Origin: Eledone cirrhosa
Taxonomy: Eukaryota
DNA: 64,000 nucleotides
Assembly (NCBI GenBank): GCA_964016885.1
Contig: OZ024761.1
Span: 18,910,001 to 18,974,000 of the forward strand
Direction: 5' to 3'
Part shown: one piece after another, positions 56,752-64,000 of the stretch
How positions within the stretch are numbered: position 1 is the first letter of the stretch
Layout: the number at the start of each line of letters is the position of its first letter
Position numbers and translations under genes: made by a program
Notes under the pieces: generated by a model
Told to the model about the DNA's origin: nothing
Databases searched by the model: none
What the model saw: the letters and a program-made list of their open reading frames with translations, nothing else

Positions 56752-57140
56752 CAGACTAAGGATCAAGAACATTCCAAAAGTGATCAGCCTGAATTGTTTT
56801 TTTATTGGGTATTCTTAATTATGTGTATAGTGTGTGTATGTGTATATATGTGTGTGTATATAGTGTATGCGTATTTATACTGTGTTTGATATCTGTATGT
56901 GTGCTTGAGTGTGCGTTTGTTCCTATCTTTATATATATGTATATACACACATATATATATATAAAGATAGAAACAAACGCACACTCAAGCACACATACAG
57001 ATATCAAACACAGTATATATACGCATACACTATATACACACACATATATACACATACACACACTATACACATAATTAAGAATACCCAATAGAAAAACAAT
57101 TCAGGCTGATCACTTTTGGAATGTTCTTGATCCTTAGTCT
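56752..57140. repeat. Near-perfect palindrome with ~190-bp arms
   Basis: agactaaggatcaagaacattcc ... ggaatgttcttgatccttagtct. Confidence 0.95.
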
Positions 57141-57767
57141 GTATATACATATATATATATATATATATACATACATATATATATATACATATATATATAC
57201 ATACACATACACACACACACATATATATATATATATTTATATTTTTACATGTATATATGTATATACATATTTATATATATGTTTGAACAAAAAAAACAGA
57301 AGCCAGGTGTAGGTCTTATATATATATATATATAATAAAAGTAACGAAGATAACTGGTATAAATTCAGCGTTCTCCGGCCAGTGTCTAGCTCACTCAATG
57401 AATCTGGCGAATTGTTAGGTATGAATCGAAATTGAAGCTGCCATACAGCAGGTACTAATCGATTTGTTTGAATCACTCGACAGAGTCAAAGCACTCGATA
57501 GAGCGGTATGTTAATACATTACCGTCCAGAGGAAACACTACAGTTAAAAATTGTGACACCAAGAAAAACGACCGAAGGCAGTGACCATACTTATACCACA
57601 AAAACGAGAAATGCAGAAAGGTGGAAATTTCTCTATATTTAGTTACAAACCAAAAATTAAAGGTTCAATGCATTTAATCATTGACAATTGTTTCTTCCCA
57701 CAGTAATATACCACAGACAGCAAATTATTTTATATCAGTTAGCATAGACTATGGGTGCCATCAGAGT

Positions 57768-58031
57768 TTAATTAAAATACCAATAGAAATCACTCATGAA
57801 AAACATATAACACTTAGCAAAATATCAAGATAAATCACAGTTAAAAAGCATAGTTCAAAAGATGTAGTTTGAAAAATATCACCATATGTTGTGAACTATA
57901 ATATTTTTTGAACTACGACATTTTTTAAACTATGATATTTGAACTCTGATTTTTAAACTGTGATTTATCTTGAAATTTTGATAAATGATATATGTTTTTT
58001 CTTGTGTGATTTGCATTGGTATTTTAATTAA
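57768..58031. repeat. Imperfect AT-rich inverted repeat, MITE-like
   Basis: ttaattaaaataccaat...tcaagataaatcacagtt / aactgtgatttatcttga...attggtattttaattaa. Confidence 0.7.
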
Positions 58032-58417
58032 ATACAGACTGTAAATGTGGTTGGCGTTAGGAAGGACACCCAGCTGTATAAGCCGAGCCAGAAACAGTTC
58101 TGTGTGAGCAAGACACCGTCACGTGACTTAACCTGTCTAAACCAAGCTATCGTGGAAAATGGACGTTAAACAAAGATGAATATGGTATGCATATATATAT
58201 ATATATATATATATAGGAACGCGTAGGACCCCGACGGCTGAGCTCAAGCCGTTTCGACGGCTAATTCTGGACTAAAATTTAGTCCAGAATTATCCGTCGA
58301 AACGGCTTGAGCTCAGCCGTCGGGGTCCTACTCGTTCCTATTACCCACTCTACTACCCTAAGTATTGAGTACTTTGGTGCGTTATGGTCCACCTGGTTCC
58401 TTACCACATTTCCTCCG

Positions 58418-58454
<37 letters not shown>

Positions 58455-58736
58455 GAGGGGGAGAGAGATGGGGCGAGAGAGGGATGGAGAGAGAGGGATG
58501 GAGAGAGAGAGATGGAGGGAGAGAGAGGGATGGAGCGAGAGAGAGAGAGAGGGATGGAGGGAGAGAGAGAGAGAGATTGGGGAGAAATATTCCATATTCT
58601 AGAATGTTCTTCCTCTCCCAAACAAATAGAGAGATTTAACAGACTTTGAAAAGACACTGATTACAAACTATACTTAAATATAGTTATTATTATAATTACT
58701 AAGAAGAAACTAACTATATACACCATATATTATGTG

Positions 58737-58813
<77 letters not shown>

Positions 58814-58826
58814 ATACATATACATA

Positions 58827-58876
<50 letters not shown>

Positions 58877-58884
58877 CATATACA

Positions 58885-58922
<38 letters not shown>

Positions 58923-58987
58923 CATATATATATGCATATATACATACATATATATATATATATATACATATATATATGCATATATAC

Positions 58988-59021
<34 letters not shown>

Positions 59022-59161
59022 ATACATATATATATATACATATATATATATACACATGTATATATATACATATATACATATATATACATATATATATACA
59101 TATACATATATATACATATACATATATACATATACATATATATACATATACATATATATAC

Positions 59162-59218
<57 letters not shown>

Positions 59219-59321
59219 CATATATACATATACATATACATATATACATATATATATATACATATATACATATACATATACATATATACATATATATATA
59301 CATACATATATATTCATACAT

Positions 59322-59396
<75 letters not shown>

Positions 59397-59820
59397 CACA
59401 CATACACTGCATTATACATACCCCCGTAGGAAACTACCCCCTCCTTCATTACTAGTTCTGTTTCAATGGCATAAAATGAAGGGTCTCTCATATTTAGTCT
59501 TACACAGACCCGGATGACAAAAATAAAGGGATTTATCTCAGTTGATAATATCTGCTTTGGGAGATCTTATTTAATTGGATAGCTTTAATTCTTCAACGGA
59601 AACAATTTATTATAATTTGGTGGTTGGTTGCTGGAGAGAGAGGGGGGGGGGGTGATGGAGGAGGGACGATGGGGGAGGGGATCGGGGGGTGGCAGAGAGA
59701 GAGAGGGGGGGAGTAGATAGAGTGTGTGTGATAGAGAGGTGGAGAGAGAGAAAGAGCTGAAGACCAACACCGAGGAGGAGGTACAGAAAGAGAAAGGGAG
59801 AAAGAAAGACAGACAGAGTC

Positions 59821-59905
<85 letters not shown>

Positions 59906-60321
59906 GAGAGAGAGAGTTAGAGAGAGAGAGAGAGAAAGAAAGAGACAGTCAGAGAGACCAACAGAGAGAAAGAGAGAGAGACACACAGACCAACGTAGGG
60001 AGAGAGAAAGAGAGAGAGAGAAACCGACAGGCAGAGACAGACCAACGCAGAGAGAGAGAGAGATAGAGGCAGGTAGTGAGACCAACAGAGAGAGAGAGGC
60101 AGGTAGTGAGACCAACAGAGAGAGAGAGAGAGAGTGGGTGGGTGGAGATGGACAGACGTTTATGAATGAGTCATAGAGATTTGCTATGGACCTCGTTATA
60201 TGTTTAGTTAGACAAGTTCCATACCTGAAGACTGAACCAACCCAACAACCTTACACAAAACATTCGCTAGACTATGTTGTTGAGTAATATTGGAGAGACT
60301 AAGAAAATATTATTTTCTTGG

Positions 60322-60357
<36 letters not shown>

Positions 60358-60427
60358 AAACAGTTATTTAACCTTGAAATATAAAATTATAAAATAAATA
60401 TGGTTTTATAAAGATAGTTTCCATTTA

Positions 60428-60465
<38 letters not shown>

Positions 60466-60468
<3 letters not shown>

Positions 60469-60542
60469 GTGTTCCCCAAAATGTATACATACTTTTATTA
60501 GAATGCTGTTGAAGTGTGTATATATTTTTTGGGATACCTTGT
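60466..60542. mobile_element. ~80-bp Tc1/mariner-type MITE (intact relative of 48740-49025)
   Basis: TA|cagagtgttccccaaaatgtatacatactt...aagtgtgtatatattttttgggataccttg|TA. Confidence 0.7.
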
Positions 60543-60862
60543 ATATAAATGACATATATATGTATATATATATATATATATATGACATATATATATATAT
60601 ATTATATATATATATCATATATATATAATATATATAATATATATATATATAACATATATATATGACATATATATATCATATATATATGTAATATATATAT
60701 ATATAATATATATATATATAACATATATATATGACATATATATATCATATATATATGTAATATATATATATATGACATATATATATCATATATATATATA
60801 ATATATATATATGACATATATATATCATATATATATATAATATATATATATGACATATATAT

Positions 60863-60905
<43 letters not shown>

Positions 60906-60958
60906 TATATATATATATATATCATATATATATATATATATCATATATATATATATAT

Positions 60959-60997
<39 letters not shown>

Positions 60998-61023
60998 TAT
61001 ATATATATATCATATATATATAT

Positions 61024-61058
<35 letters not shown>

Positions 61059-61076
61059 TATATATATCATATATAT

Positions 61077-61107
<31 letters not shown>

Positions 61108-61176
61108 CATATATATATATATCATATATCATATATATATATATCATATATATATATATATATCATATATATTTAT

Positions 61177-61207
<31 letters not shown>

Positions 61208-61220
61208 CATATATATTTAT

Positions 61221-61261
<41 letters not shown>

Positions 61262-61306
61262 TATATATATATATATCATATATATATATATATCATATAT
61301 ATTTAT

Positions 61307-61345
<39 letters not shown>

Positions 61346-61411
61346 TATATATATATATATCATATATATATATATATCATATATATATATATATATCATA
61401 TATATATATAT

Positions 61412-61476
<65 letters not shown>

Positions 61477-61626
61477 TATATATAGTAATAATAATAAATG
61501 TGAAGACTAAAATCCGAAGAGGGCTCGATAAGGGTTTTTTTAGTTTCAGAAGATCCCGTTAAGGGTGATAGCAGCGATTCTTTGCTTAAACTTTAATCTA
61601 TTATTTTAATATATATATATATATAT

Positions 61627-61699
<73 letters not shown>

Positions 61700-62510
61700 A
61701 AGAGGGAAAGAGAGTGGTAATGTTTCGAAGAAGAAGGAGAATGATGACGCTGATGATGAGAAGAAGAAGAAGAAGAAGAAGAAGAAGAAGAAGAAGAAGA
61801 AGAAGAAGAAGAAGAAGAAGAAGAAGAAGAAGAAGCGGAAGGACCGTATTTTTTTTTCAGTTGTGGTCTTGGCGGTGGTGATGGAGGTTTAGACGGCTGG
61901 GGTGTGAGTGATGGTGAAGATGAGACGTGTCAGGGTGGGTGGTGGTGGTGTAGGTGAGGCGGCTGGTCCGTAAATAGGGTGAGAGATTGGACAAAGCTGA
62001 CCAAAGAGATAGTTTGCAGAACTCTAGAAAGCCAAAGTCCAGCGAGAAGAAGAAAAAAAAAGACCAAACAAGACAAAACAAAATGGAAGCGAGAAAAAAG
62101 AAAAAAAAATGAAAAACAAATGGAAGAGAAAATAATGAGAGGCCATCAGATGAAGTGTTTATCTTATTAGAAAGCAGCAGCAGTTACCAAGAAAGGCAGC
62201 CATGAAAAACATTGAATAATAACAAGATACAGAGAGGAGATGGGTGAAAATATTTGGCTGACATTGAACGAAGAACGATCAGGGAACGATGGTAATGGCG
62301 GAAGAGGAGAGACAACGAGAAGACATCACGGACTCAAAAGTGGTTGTCTTATTTACTTGATGTTGGTATTGTTGTTTTTCTAAGAAGAAGATGAAGAAGC
62401 TGTAGATTACGAAGACATGGGGCAGCAATGGAAAACTATTGAATAATAAATAACAGAGAGAGAAAGGAGAGAGAGAGAGAGGGGTGAGAGAGAGAGAGGA
62501 GGGGGGATAG

Positions 62511-62549
<39 letters not shown>

Positions 62550-62653
62550 TGCGGATAAGGAGAGATATTCAAAGATTGAGAGAGAGAGGCAGAAAGAGAG
62601 AGAGAAAAGGGAGGAGAGAGAGATTGAGAGTGAGAGATGGAGAGAGAGAAATC

Positions 62654-62696
<43 letters not shown>

Positions 62697-62829
62697 GAGG
62701 GTAAAAATATTTGTCTCCGCCGTAGAACGACCAGGGAACAAGATGGCGACAGCGGAAGGAGAAACAATGAGAGGCCATCATTACATTCTTCCGACTCAAA
62801 AGACTGTGTGTGTGTGGAGAGGGTGTGTA

Positions 62830-63425
62830 GAGGGTGGTAGAGTGTGTGAGGGTATGTGTAGAGAGTGTGTAGAGAGTGTGTAGAGTGTGTGAGGATATGA
62901 GGGTGTGTAGAGTGTGTGTGTGTGAGTGCGTGTGTGAGTGTGTGTGTGGACAGGGTGGTGTAGAGAGTGTGTGTGTGTGTGAGTGTGTGTGAGAGTGTGT
63001 GTGTGAGTGAGTGTGTGAGTGAGTGTGTGTGAGAGTGTGTGTGTGAGTGTGTGTGAGAGTGTGTGCGAGAGTGTGTAGAGAGTGTGTGTGTGTGAGTGCG
63101 TGTGTGAGTGTGTGTGTGGACAGGGTGGTGTAGAGAGTGTGTGTGTGTGTGTGAGAGTGTGTGTGTGAGTGAGTGTGTGTGAGAGTGTGTGTGTGAGTGT
63201 GTGTGTGAGTGTGTGTGAGAGTGTGTGCGAGAGTGTGTAGAGAGTGTGTGTGTGTGAGTGCGTGTGTGAGTGTGTGTGTGGACAGGGTGGTGTAGAGAGA
63301 GTGTGTGTGTGTGTGAGTGTGTGTGAGAGTGTGTGTGTGAGTGAGTGTGTGAGTGAGTGTGTGTGCGAGTGTGTGTGTGAGTGTGTGTGAGAGTGTGTGC
63401 GAGAGTGTGTAGAGAGTGTGAGGGA
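62830..63425. repeat. GT/GA-rich compound minisatellite
   Basis: Repeated gtgtggacagggtggtgtagagag landmarks within (GT)n/(GA)n. Confidence 0.9.
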
Positions 63426-63492
63426 GTGAGGTTGGGGTGTAGGGGGCTTCTTTGTCTTCTTTTTGTCTTCACCTCTTTATATACATACATAT

Positions 63493-63525
<33 letters not shown>

Positions 63526-63536
63526 TATATATATAC

Positions 63537-63571
<35 letters not shown>

Positions 63572-64000
63572 TATATAGGCAATAATGTTGTTGAGTTGTT
63601 GGGTTGTCAGTCACTAAAGGATGTGACTTGCGTGTAAGGTTACACATTATCTTCAACGACCAGTGTTCAGCAAAACGTCAGAGGAGGAACGCCACAACCA
63701 CCACCACCACCACCACCAATACCACCATCAGCACCACCACTACCACCACCACCACCACCACCACCACCACCACCACCACCACCAACTACAACAACGACGA
63801 CAACAACCTGGGGCAGCATAGCAAAACAAACAAACAAACAAAGCAAATAAACAGAAAAATGGAGAAAATATACAATAAAATGGACGACTATACAATAAAA
63901 TGGACAAATAATGGGTAGAAAGCCATGATGTTTAGTTTTCATCCAATTTTCTTTGGGACATCGTAATGTGTTTGTTATGAAACAGGGTGAAAAGAGGTCA

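Noticed and set aside
56157-61485. Long YI/IY-repeat ORFs
   Set aside because: (TA)n microsatellite translations.

Overview
AT-rich, microsatellite-dense animal genomic DNA; the repeat landscape suggests a cephalopod such as Octopus (inference). Almost all ORFs in the track are microsatellite read-throughs. One protein gene is well supported: a five-exon POP5 (RNase P/MRP subunit, 162 aa, minus strand, 26822-32999). Positions 1-19.5 kb are a ~6.27-kb tandem array with no convincing CDS. Each unit carries three copies of a promoter/first-exon-like module and a long hairpin that shows a compensatory change between units. The rest of the window holds SINEs, RTE LINE and mariner fragments, MITEs and satellites. 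The most striking signal is a dense set of Penelope-like element (PLE) remnants at (TA)n/(CA)n microsatellites. These include one GIY-YIG fragment, at least six complete or near-complete hammerhead ribozyme folds (some with 80-100 nt stem II inserts), many degenerate ones, and fold-back palindromes whose axes lie at or next to the hammerhead. All alignments and folds were done by eye.
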